The position numbers and the translations under genes are program-made. From contig JAHEAD010000006.1 of assembly GCA_019721075.1 (NCBI GenBank), positions 62,001 through 101,216 of the forward strand: a stretch of 39,216 nt of DNA, given 5' to 3'. Under the pieces are notes generated by a model. The model was not told the DNA's origin. It saw only the letters and a program-made list of their open reading frames with translations, and searched no databases. Positions within the stretch are counted from its first letter, which is position 1, and each line of letters begins with the position of its first letter. The stretch is from Candidatus Sysuiplasma jiujiangense (lineage in GTDB: Archaea > Thermoplasmatota > Thermoplasmata > Sysuiplasmatales > Sysuiplasmataceae). Positions 9,074-17,181 of the stretch are shown piece after piece.

Positions 9074-10744
9074 ATGTCGAAATTTACACCGAAGCAGCCG
9101 ACGCAGCAGGAATATGACCGTGCTTCGAAACAGGCCAGAGAACTCTCAAGACTGTACCGCCAGGGCAAGTCAGTGAGCTGGATAGGCAAAAAGCATCGTC
9201 TGCCCGTCCTGGCGGTCAAGTGCGTGATCGATGGTTTGAGCGAAACAACCGGAGGCAGAAACGCTGCAGAGCGTCATGGCGCATCCCCCGTAGCAGTTCC
9301 CGTTGTAAAACCCGTCGCAAATTCCGTTGCAAATGCAACGGTGCCATCAGCCGTGGAATCGCACGGCGGCACGGATGTGCTCATAGACCCCATGTCATAC
9401 GCATATCCGCCGCTCGAGAACCTTCCCCCGCCCATGGGTCTTGTCGGAGCGAAGTCGGTACCGGGCGAGCCGGCAATGCAGACGCCCCTTGCGGGCACGT
9501 ACGCCGTGCCGACGGCGCTCGAGACGCTCTACCACATCATGATAGAGTTCGGGTTGCGCGACATCTATGCGAGAGGCATCATACGGCGTTTCAGCCATTA
9601 CCGTGCGGACGACTACGAGACCCTGAAACAGATATTGACTGAAACAGGAACGGGTGAACATGCACGCACATCAATCCTGGCCGCATGGAAAGAGGAAAAC
9701 GGAAGCACGGCCGTCCTCTCACGCAAGGCACTGTCCGCTGCCGAGAGGGATGAGAAGATCCGCCGCCTGAAGAAGGAACTGGGCGTTGACACCGAACCAC
9801 TGACGGCGGAAGAGTCTGCCGAGCGGATAGCGCGCAGGAAGGCAGAGGTCGAACTCAAACTGCTCGAAAAAACCCTTGAGGAGAAAGAGCGTGGGCTCAA
9901 TCCGCCGGAGGAAGCGCCTCCCGCACCGCCCGCCGAGCAGGTGGAAATGACCGACATAGTAATCAGCGCAAACGGCATTCCGCAGAGGCTCCGCATTCCG
10001 CAGAAAGACCTCCCTCTCTATGCGCCTTTCATGATAAAGCCAGATGAAAACGGCCAGACACTCACTCCGGAAATGCAGGCAATGAAGGAAGAACTCGCCG
10101 AATTGCGCCGCATGCGCCAGGAAGATGAGGAAAAGAGGAAGATAGATGCCATAGTAGGCCCTCTCGAGGAACAGATAAGGCGTCTTGAGGCACGTATTCG
10201 GCAGGAAACCGAATATGCCGCCGCCCCTGAAACCGTCCTTCAGCGGCGCCTCGACGCCCTGGAGAAGCAGAATAAGGAACTGCTTGACACATTGCGCCAG
10301 AACGAAATCAACACAGTCAAGGGCGAACTCATGGAAACGAGGAAGGAATTGGCACGTTACCGCGGCGAGTTCGACAAGCTCAGTTCCCCGGAGTTCGTCG
10401 CATCGGAACGGCACAGGTTTGACAGCCAGGCAAGGCAGATGGGATACATTCCCACGGCCGAGGTTCCCGGGCCGGGCATTGAAGGCATCAGGAATGCGGA
10501 CAGGCTGCAGTCGATATACATGAAAGATCGGGCGATAAACGCCGGCCTCGACGCCGTGGCGGACAAGGCCCGGCACACAGGCAGGCTCAAGGACGAGATA
10601 CTGAAAAGCGGCGTCGTCCGGGCGGGCCTTGACGCGCTCAAGGACGCCATAACTAAAACCGAGGACAGGGCGGCGGAAATAAGGGCGCCGACCGTGGAGG
10701 AACTGACGCGCATGCAGCAGGAACTGGATGCCGGCGGCCGCTGA
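9074..10744 (+). CDS. Hypothetical protein (556 aa), possible N-terminal HTH and long coiled coils
   Basis: Long ORF with ATG at 9074; LYRQGKSVSWIGKKHRL is HTH-like; E/K/R-rich heptads; proline-rich linkers. Confidence 0.8.
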   Translation: MSKFTPKQPTQQEYDRASKQARELSRLYRQGKSVSWIGKKHRLPVLAVKCVIDGLSETTGGRNAAERHGASPVAVPVVKPVANSVANATVPSAVESHGGTDVLIDPMSYAYPPLENLPPPMGLVGAKSVPGEPAMQTPLAGTYAVPTALETLYHIMIEFGLRDIYARGIIRRFSHYRADDYETLKQILTETGTGEHARTSILAAWKEENGSTAVLSRKALSAAERDEKIRRLKKELGVDTEPLTAEESAERIARRKAEVELKLLEKTLEEKERGLNPPEEAPPAPPAEQVEMTDIVISANGIPQRLRIPQKDLPLYAPFMIKPDENGQTLTPEMQAMKEELAELRRMRQEDEEKRKIDAIVGPLEEQIRRLEARIRQETEYAAAPETVLQRRLDALEKQNKELLDTLRQNEINTVKGELMETRKELARYRGEFDKLSSPEFVASERHRFDSQARQMGYIPTAEVPGPGIEGIRNADRLQSIYMKDRAINAGLDAVADKARHTGRLKDEILKSGVVRAGLDALKDAITKTEDRAAEIRAPTVEELTRMQQELDAGGR

Positions 10745-10824
10745 CGTTCCCTGAGCGCCATGCACTGCATTCAATCGGAACGGGAACGGCATGCTCACAG
10801 GATCCTGCGCATGTGCAGCCGGAT

Positions 10825-11060
10825 TCGAAATTTTTTTCTAAATTTTTTTGTTTATCAATTCGATTTCCATAGAATTTCAATTATATTTCTCATTGAATTT
10901 TCCTTCGTGAATGCACATTTTTGTACGCTGTTTCGCTTCAAATTTGTTTTAATTGACATTAAATTGAAAATATATAAAAATCCTCTCATTTTACAGAAGA
11001 TCAATTGTGTTTGAGTTACTCAGGCTCAAATATGATCCTGCGAAAAATTTTTCAAAAGGG
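10825..11060. promoter_or_regulatory. AT-rich non-coding region, probable promoter region for the downstream gene/ncRNA/array unit
   Basis: Sharp AT-rich island with GAAAATATATAAAA near 10967-10980 (BRE/TATA-like). Confidence 0.4.
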
Positions 11061-11142
11061 TCTATTCGGGTTTGACCGGACTTGAACAGTTTAGGCAAGC
11101 CGGATGCAATACCGGCTCGTCTAGCCAGTAGGAAGTGGTAAA

Positions 11143-11598
11143 TTGGCAAAACAAACCGTAGTGCAGGACGCTGCACAAAGTGAGCCAGCGACTGAACGCA
11201 GCCAGCCGGTAGAGCAGAGCAAGGCTCTTGCGACAGTAAGCGTTGTTCACGGCGTGGAGCTGAGAGCTGAGCAGTGGAGCAAAGCACCGGAGCTCAAGGA
11301 TCAGCTTTACGACGGGTACAGCGGTCTGTCCGAGAACCTCGCCGACATGCTTGCAAGCAAGGGCTTCACGGTGAGGGCGGGCAAGAGCTACGTGGGCATC
11401 TACATGGGTGCCACGAGGTTCAAGACCGCCACGCCGAACTTCTTCAGGTCTGAAGAGGAAGTCAGGAAGTTCCTGCTCGAGTCGGAGAACATCCGCTTTG
11501 CGAAGGAGAAAGACCTTCTCATCAACAAGGCGGTCATGGACGGCATACTCAGGCACATAGAGAAGCAGGCTGCCCAGTCGAAGGCGCAAACAGCTTAA
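11143..11598 (+). CDS. Hypothetical protein (151 aa) directly upstream of the structured RNA
   Basis: TTG start after a purine-rich leader, strong GC3 codon bias, followed by a GGGCG/CGCCC hairpin and T-tract. Confidence 0.8.
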   Translation: MAKQTVVQDAAQSEPATERSQPVEQSKALATVSVVHGVELRAEQWSKAPELKDQLYDGYSGLSENLADMLASKGFTVRAGKSYVGIYMGATRFKTATPNFFRSEEEVRKFLLESENIRFAKEKDLLINKAVMDGILRHIEKQAAQSKAQTA

Positions 11599-11908
11599 GG
11601 GCGTCAAAAGCGCCCAAACACCTTATTTTTTGTAATGTCCCCATTTGGGAGAGCCTCCGAGCGGCGGGGACGGGTAGCGCCAATCTTCCAACGGTTCATA
11701 GCATAGATGGATTAGCCGGGGCTATGAATCGTCAACAACCACACAGTCCGCACAGTCGTTAAGCATACGGCGTTATGCGTATGCGGTTGGCTGCATGGAC
11801 GATCAGACATTACAGTCATGACTGCAACAACAGGGAACCGTGGAATACGGTTCACGAGTCGCTGCGGACGGCGGGCTCCGCGGCGGCCCAAAATCACCAC
11901 GCGCCACC

Positions 11909-12262
11909 GTGCATGGGTGCAAGTCAGAAATGGGGTATGCGAGTGTTCTCCGTGAGGTAAGAGGTGAACGGCGGAGAAGCCGTGCGGCAGCACGGCAGAG
12001 ACCTGCGGAGCTGAAAAGGCGGTGAAGCAGGACATCACCGGGACAGTGTCCTGATGCCGGACACGATGTAGCCGTCCGTTACTCGCATGCCAAGCGCGAC
12101 ATTGACGCTCAGATTAGATGTATGGCAATGCTGCTTCGGCAGCCAGACTGAGCTGGCGTACCCAGCGTATCTGCCGGGCAACCGGCAGGTCGAAACCGGG
12201 GTTATTATCAGCCATACGCCGGGCCGAAAGGTCTGGAGGAAACTCCCGGCACCTGCATGCAC
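11909..12262 (+). ncRNA. Circularly permuted RNase P RNA-like catalytic domain
   Basis: P4 AAC[T]CCCGG 12241-49 / CCGGGGTT 12196-203 within GAGGAAACTCC and CGAAA...GTTA; P2 12211-19/12118-26; P3 12220-35; P5 12250-53/11916-19 followed by CAAG; P7 12256-62/11909-15; P15 11923-26/12103-06; P16 11934-45/12080-91. Confidence 0.8.
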
Positions 12263-12265
12263 ACA

Positions 12266-12375
12266 GACTTGATCGGACATATGCGGCGCACAGCATATGC
12301 ACTCTTTCAGTTTCGGCGGTAACATGTTGTTACCACCGGACTTGATCGGACATATGCGGCATACGGCATATGCAC
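12266..12375 (+). repeat. Two 37-nt direct repeats with an internal hairpin, 36 nt apart
   Basis: 12266-12302 and 12339-12375 differ at 3 positions, all in the loop of the CATATGC/GCATATG stem. Confidence 0.9.
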
Positions 12376-12411
12376 AGGCGGTCGCAGTGACCGCATTTTT
12401 TGGGTGATATA

Positions 12412-12786
12412 ACGGACAGCAAACTGGCAAAATTTGCCGTAGAGACGGCATCGTGGGCACACGAAGTGAACGCTGAAGTGGAAGAGGCCATCGGCATACT
12501 CAATTCCGCAGAAATGAGCGATGTTTGGTGGGCAAAGAAACTGGTGCGCAACATAACGGCGGCTGATGGGCCGTCGGACGATGCCGCAAAAACAGGCGAC
12601 ACCGCAAACACGCTGCTCGAAATAGCGTTCTGGTCGGGCTGGCTGAAGGGCGAACAGGACACGCTGAACAGGCTGATGGGGATAGTAGCCATGCTCATGA
12701 TGCCTGACGGTCTGCCTGACGGTCCGCACAGAACGCAGGCAGGAAAGAAAAGCGGCAAAAACGATTTCCTTGAGGGTCTGCGATGA
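12412..12786 (+). CDS. Hypothetical protein, probable ACG (or ATA 12409) start
   Basis: GGTGA-TATA-ACG; open frame TDSKLAKF...EGLR. Confidence 0.7.
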   Translation, partial: TDSKLAKFAVETASWAHEVNAEVEEAIGILNSAEMSDVWWAKKLVRNITAADGPSDDAAKTGDTANTLLEIAFWSGWLKGEQDTLNRLMGIVAMLMMPDGLPDGPHRTQAGKKSGKNDFLEGLR

Positions 12787-12804
12787 CCCTATTTTTGGGT
12801 GAAC

Positions 12805-12990
12805 ATGCACGTCAGGATTTCAAAGCTTGAGATCATAGAGCAGAGGCATGGGGCGTACCTTGCATCGCTCCACTGGCACATAGTGGGCAGGGACGGGCCG
12901 AACGTCGTCATAGAGAGGGACGACAGGAAGCTCTCCCTGTCCATACCCGTGGGCAGGGCGATCGAGGGCAACTTCGGCAGGCTGCTCTAA
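12805..12990 (+). CDS. Hypothetical protein (61 aa)
   Basis: GGTGA-AC-ATG; MHVRISKLEII... Confidence 0.7.
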   Translation: MHVRISKLEIIEQRHGAYLASLHWHIVGRDGPNVVIERDDRKLSLSIPVGRAIEGNFGRLL

Positions 12991-13005
12991 ACCTTTTTGG
13001 GTGAT

Positions 13006-13131
13006 ATGACGGCGGACATCTGGGATGCGGTATGGGAGCTGCTCTATCTGGCGGCGCTGTTCGTGATCTTGACGACGGCAGGAATGCTGCTTTTCTATTT
13101 CATTGTGTTTTTTATCCTGCCCCGCATATAA
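13006..13131 (+). CDS. Small single-pass membrane protein (41 aa)
   Basis: GGTGA-T-ATG; MTADIWDAVWELLYLAALFVILTTAGMLLFYFIVFFILPRI. Confidence 0.7.
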   Translation: MTADIWDAVWELLYLAALFVILTTAGMLLFYFIVFFILPRI

Positions 13132-13153
13132 GCGGTTTTTTTTGGGTGAACAA

Positions 13154-13375
13154 TTGACAGAATGCGACCACACTTCGATAGACACGTGCAAGCTCAGGCA
13201 GGCGGCAGCCGCAGCGATAGACGAGTTCTCGGACATGCTCGAGGGCTACGGCATAAAGATACCGAGTGCAGACAGGACAGGCGCGCCTAACGAGGACGTC
13301 ATCTACGGCACGGAGTACTACGAGCTTGAGGACGCGCTGACGGAGACGCTTGAGAAATACTTTCCGGGCCAGTAG
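13154..13375 (+). CDS. Acidic hypothetical protein (73 aa)
   Basis: GGTGA-ACAA-TTG; IDEFSDMLEGYGIKIP...IYGTEYYELED. Confidence 0.75.
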   Translation: MTECDHTSIDTCKLRQAAAAAIDEFSDMLEGYGIKIPSADRTGAPNEDVIYGTEYYELEDALTETLEKYFPGQ

Positions 13376-13396
13376 GCCCATTTTTTGGGTGATATA

Positions 13397-14242
13397 TTGC
13401 TGCAAACAACATCTGGGACAGCTGACAGCCATCCGGCCTACCAGAGAGTGCTGGAATACTTCATGCGTGGCAGGAACGGCCGCAGGAAGGTCAAGCGTGC
13501 GACCTATCTGTACAAGGAGACAGAAGGCATCGCTATGCGGTTCTGGAACACAAAGATAGTGCTTTTCAAGCCGCGGAGCTTTGTCATAGACCTCGACGGC
13601 TGGCGCTCGGTCACGACGAAAGACAGGCTGCGTGAGGGCATATTCCGGGCCGCCGGCTTCAGGGTCAACCTGTGGCATGAAAGCGGCAAGTATGTCATAA
13701 ACTGCAACGGGCACGAATATCTGTTCGACGACGGCATGGAGTTCGACTACGAGGGCAATGCGCTGAACGCATCGCCTGAACCGTTCAGGAAATGGATGGA
13801 AAAGCGCGAACGGCTCAGGGACGCATACTGGCGCAACGCCAGGAAGTCCGTCATGGACATACAGGAGGTCGAACACGAACTCGGGGCGGACATATCCTTC
13901 TCATTGACGGACTGGCGCTGGAACGAGCCGCCGTACAGCATCATGAGGGATGCATATCCCGCCAACGGCCATATCCAGAGACCGCAGATACGCCTTCCTG
14001 CCAACACACGCAGCATCGCTGTCAGGGAAGCGTTCATCACGAAGGACGTGAAGATATTCAAGGTGATCGCGCTGGAGAATGACGATCGCACCGCCGGCGT
14101 CTACCTGATGGGCAGGGACCAGACGGGGCAGCTCTGGTGCCATTCGCTTCCGCCGTTCGGGTATGCGCTGGCGTCCATACAGAAATGCGAGAGATGGCTG
14201 TTCGACATGCAACCGGGCGACGAGCTCGTGGCTGAGGCCTGA
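13397..14242 (+). CDS. Hypothetical protein with a DUF6745-like C-terminus
   Basis: GGTGA-TATA-TTG; N-terminal DGWRSVTTKDRL; C-terminal RDQTGQLWCHSLPP...CERWLFDM. Confidence 0.75.
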   Translation: MLQTTSGTADSHPAYQRVLEYFMRGRNGRRKVKRATYLYKETEGIAMRFWNTKIVLFKPRSFVIDLDGWRSVTTKDRLREGIFRAAGFRVNLWHESGKYVINCNGHEYLFDDGMEFDYEGNALNASPEPFRKWMEKRERLRDAYWRNARKSVMDIQEVEHELGADISFSLTDWRWNEPPYSIMRDAYPANGHIQRPQIRLPANTRSIAVREAFITKDVKIFKVIALENDDRTAGVYLMGRDQTGQLWCHSLPPFGYALASIQKCERWLFDMQPGDELVAEA

Positions 14243-14267
14243 CGGCCTCGATTTTTTGGGTGATATA

Positions 14268-14582
14268 ACGGCAAAAGTATACAGGCAGGGCGACGTGCTG
14301 CTGCGTGAGATAGACGGCAAGATAGACGAAGTGCCACGGTGGGGCTATGAGGACAAGGGGATGGCCACGCTGCGCATAGGCGGAGAGACCGGAAAGGTGC
14401 ATGAGATACAGGGGCATCTGTTCGAGAATCCGCACCGCAAGGACGAACAGGTAATCGTCCTGGATGCGACGGCACTCCTGAAGCATGAGGAGCACGGCGT
14501 GATGGAGATACCGGCGGGCACCTACCAGGTGTCCCGCGTGCGCGAGTACACCGGCGGCGGCACTAGGTCCGGAATGGACTGA
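14268..14582 (+). CDS. 'RQGDV' family small protein, probable ACG start
   Basis: YRQGDVLL, GETGKVH, HEEH, IPAGTYQVSRVREY; this family usually starts a few residues before RQGD, matching ACG 14268. Confidence 0.8.
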   Translation, partial: TAKVYRQGDVLLREIDGKIDEVPRWGYEDKGMATLRIGGETGKVHEIQGHLFENPHRKDEQVIVLDATALLKHEEHGVMEIPAGTYQVSRVREYTGGGTRSGMD

Positions 14583-14613
14583 GGGGCGCATGCCCCATTT
14601 TTTTGGTGAAAGG

Positions 14614-15012
14614 ACGCAATACAACAAGGAAAGGATCCTGCGCAACGTGGAACAGATACTCGAACACAGGGACATCGGACTGATGAATGAGGAAACATAC
14701 CGGTTCATCAGCCTGCACTGCGGAACGATAGCGCACTACGACATCGACGGCTGGCGCCATGCCTACGGCGACCTGCGGGACTTTATCAACCTGTTCCTCG
14801 TCCGGAACGAATACGGGAGGAACCTGCAGGAAGAGATACGGACGCCGAGGTGGCAGGAGGACGACTTCAGACCCTATGCCCCTATCGTGCAGGGCATAAT
14901 AGACCTCTGCAGGGAACACAGGGAACAAGTGTTCGATTGCTGGAAAGCAACAGTTGTTGTCACGTTTTTTTTTGACAGGAAAGACTTAACATTCACGATG
15001 CCGATAGGGTAG
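14614..15012 (+). CDS. Hypothetical protein, probable ACG start, possibly C-terminally disrupted
   Basis: GGTGA-AAGG-ACG; YRFISLHCGTIAHYDIDGW; composition changes near 14940. Confidence 0.7.
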   Translation, partial: TQYNKERILRNVEQILEHRDIGLMNEETYRFISLHCGTIAHYDIDGWRHAYGDLRDFINLFLVRNEYGRNLQEEIRTPRWQEDDFRPYAPIVQGIIDLCREHREQVFDCWKATVVVTFFFDRKDLTFTMPIG

Positions 15013-15029
15013 AGTGCTGATGCATTGAG

Positions 15030-16937
15030 ATGGCGCATACAAGACTCATGAAGCTTTTTGCCGTTATCGCCTCGGTTGTCATCATAGCTGCAGGAGCAGG
15101 ATATGCCCTTCATGTGTACAGCCGGAGAAGTGTTTCACGGCCCAAACCCAAGCCGTTTGGCTATTTCGGTCCACGAGTGGTTGTGAATTCAGGCAGCCAG
15201 ACGGGCAGCATTGCCAACAACACAACCATCAACGTGCAGATATTCTCCGCTGTGCCTTCTGCATTTGCAAAGGCAGGACTTAGCTTCTACAGCATTGCCC
15301 AGGACAATCAGTGGAACAACAGTGTCAACGATGAGCTGCTGAATGCAACGATGCTGCCTGGAAACGCATCGACAGGCAAGTTCTTCCTGTCGACACAGTT
15401 CAATTCAATTGCAAAGGAATGGATGTCCCTTCTCTCACTGGACACGGGAACGAACTACCCTTCACTCACAGTCGAGGCGGTCAAGACAGTCGTGCTGAAC
15501 GGAAGCTTGCTGTTCTACCAGTACTACAACAACATTCCTTTCAATCCTTTCAGCCTGTCCGTTGTCAGCGCAAACAGCACAGTGCTCTCAAACAGCACGC
15601 TTCTCGCATCAACGGGACTGGAGAGCTGGTTTGGCGGCAGCAGTGTCAATCTTTCGAACTATTCTCAGATATCACTGACGAACATCGGTTTCAACCTGAC
15701 GCTTGTCTTTCCCTCTGTACCCATACAGGTCATATCTGCCAATGCTTCTGCAAACGGAGACCTGTCATATTTGCATGCAGGATCCCTCGTTCCTGTCGTT
15801 GTCTCACCTGATAGCTGCTATTGGCTCTACTACTACACCTATCCGAGCACGACGAGCAACACGCTGGAAAAGACGACCTATGCGAACGGAATACTTCCGT
15901 TGCTGGGCGTGCACATAGGCAGGAATGCAGACCAGGGCAATTCACAGATAGTTCTTGGGGCAAATGTCAATATCCAGAATGACACCATCAAACTTACCTC
16001 AAACCAGGTCTACTCCAATCCTTCTGGATCGATAACAACGACAATGAGCACGCAGCCTTCCTTCTCTCACCTGGCAAACGTAACTGTTGGCAACTCAGGA
16101 GGTGGAACAGTTGCCACCCCTGAAGGCATTTCGGAAAAACTGGGAGACAACCACAGCCAAGCACAGAATCTGACAACGGGATTTGCAGGCATCCAGGGTG
16201 TCGAGTATGAATTCCAGCACTACAACAGGTACACCTGCAATTACAGGTATTACTGGGAACAATTCATCTGCCCTCCATACAGGTATCCGCCCCATCTCCT
16301 TTCCCAGACACTTGTTTCGAAGGTCTATGACGGCAACTTCACAATCGGCGAAATTATTCATGTCAACTCAACGGCGGGGCTGAAAGTCACAGGCTCCCCT
16401 GTTTCCATTGCGGTCGCATGGGTCGTACAACACTACCTGCTGCATGATTCCAACGGAAGCGTGCAGCTCAATGCGAGCGGCAGTGGCACCGAATACCAGT
16501 CCTCAACGATATGGGCAATGACCTACGGCTGGCTGAATGCGGCAGATGCATACAAGCAGGCAGAGCAGGCACTGGCAATCTTCTCTTCGGCACTTTCCCT
16601 AGGACTTGCCGTAATAGCCGCCATTGCAGCCGCCAACCCGCTGGATTTTGATGGAGGCGAGGCTGCAATTATTGCCGCTGCAGGCAACACTATAGTCAAG
16701 GCAACGTCGCTTGCAGCCACGATACTTGGGCAGTTCTCGACCATAAGCTCCGTTTCCGGCAGCACCGCAATAACGGCTAGCTGGTGGTTCAGCAATTACC
16801 CTTTAGTCTCACTAGGTTCCAATTACACTATGCCTTTTTATGAATCATCCAGCGGTGTCATGCTCACTCTGCCAAACGGCAACAGCTACTTCTTCTATGC
16901 ACCTGAAGACTATCTGAATGCAACATCGATTGTTTAA
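15030..16937 (+). CDS. Secreted or membrane-anchored S/T/N-rich protein (635 aa)
   Basis: N-terminal TM/signal segment, many N-x-S/T sequons, hydrophobic helical pair near the C-terminus. Confidence 0.85.
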   Translation: MAHTRLMKLFAVIASVVIIAAGAGYALHVYSRRSVSRPKPKPFGYFGPRVVVNSGSQTGSIANNTTINVQIFSAVPSAFAKAGLSFYSIAQDNQWNNSVNDELLNATMLPGNASTGKFFLSTQFNSIAKEWMSLLSLDTGTNYPSLTVEAVKTVVLNGSLLFYQYYNNIPFNPFSLSVVSANSTVLSNSTLLASTGLESWFGGSSVNLSNYSQISLTNIGFNLTLVFPSVPIQVISANASANGDLSYLHAGSLVPVVVSPDSCYWLYYYTYPSTTSNTLEKTTYANGILPLLGVHIGRNADQGNSQIVLGANVNIQNDTIKLTSNQVYSNPSGSITTTMSTQPSFSHLANVTVGNSGGGTVATPEGISEKLGDNHSQAQNLTTGFAGIQGVEYEFQHYNRYTCNYRYYWEQFICPPYRYPPHLLSQTLVSKVYDGNFTIGEIIHVNSTAGLKVTGSPVSIAVAWVVQHYLLHDSNGSVQLNASGSGTEYQSSTIWAMTYGWLNAADAYKQAEQALAIFSSALSLGLAVIAAIAAANPLDFDGGEAAIIAAAGNTIVKATSLAATILGQFSTISSVSGSTAITASWWFSNYPLVSLGSNYTMPFYESSSGVMLTLPNGNSYFFYAPEDYLNATSIV

Positions 16938-17181
16938 GAAGAAGTTGGATTTCTGCTTTCATGAAGACGCATATTACAAACAAGAGAGGTTCTTCACATT
17001 TTTCTCTTCTACGTTAAACCACTTCGCTGATTCGCTGTGGTAGAGCATATGATCTCTGTGTAAAACATAAAGTGAAAGGCACAGACAGATCTGCTGCTGA
17101 TCGCGAAGCTGCAGAGCGGCAGGGTCAGTCTCCGTGACATCGGCATCAGGGTGCGGTAGGCACCCGTTTTTTGGTGATACA

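Larger units (their letters stand above)
11631..12394 (+). ncRNA. Large structured non-coding RNA region
   Basis: No credible ORF; many stems (11631-39/11806-14, 11691-702/11721-32, 11763-69/11778-84, 11835-41/11847-53, 11865-72/12071-78); GNRA and C(UUCG)G tetraloops and G-U pairs favour the + strand. Confidence 0.85.

Noticed and set aside
9719..10798. Long antisense ORFs (9719-10798; also 27466-28404, 18510-19298, 13112-13876)
   Set aside because: Shadows of well-supported GC3-biased genes on the opposite strand.
12046..12064. Hammerhead ribozyme (CTGATG)
   Set aside because: Reads CTGATGC rather than CTGANGA and sits in a simple hairpin without the matching GAAA/NUH junction.
12266..12375. 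CRISPR mini-array (37-nt repeats, 36-nt spacer)
   Set aside because: Only two repeats, the spacer is itself a hairpin, no typical repeat end such as ATTGAAA(C/G), and no cas genes in the window; kept only as a structured repeat.
11631..12394. Ordinary host rnpB gene
   Set aside because: The CR-V-like motif lies upstream of the CR-I-like motif, no second CR-V follows, and P1 is absent, so the order is not canonical.
11712..12460. ORFs called across the structured RNA region
   Set aside because: No SD or junction motif, atypical composition and mutual overlaps; better explained as chance frames in a GC-rich RNA.
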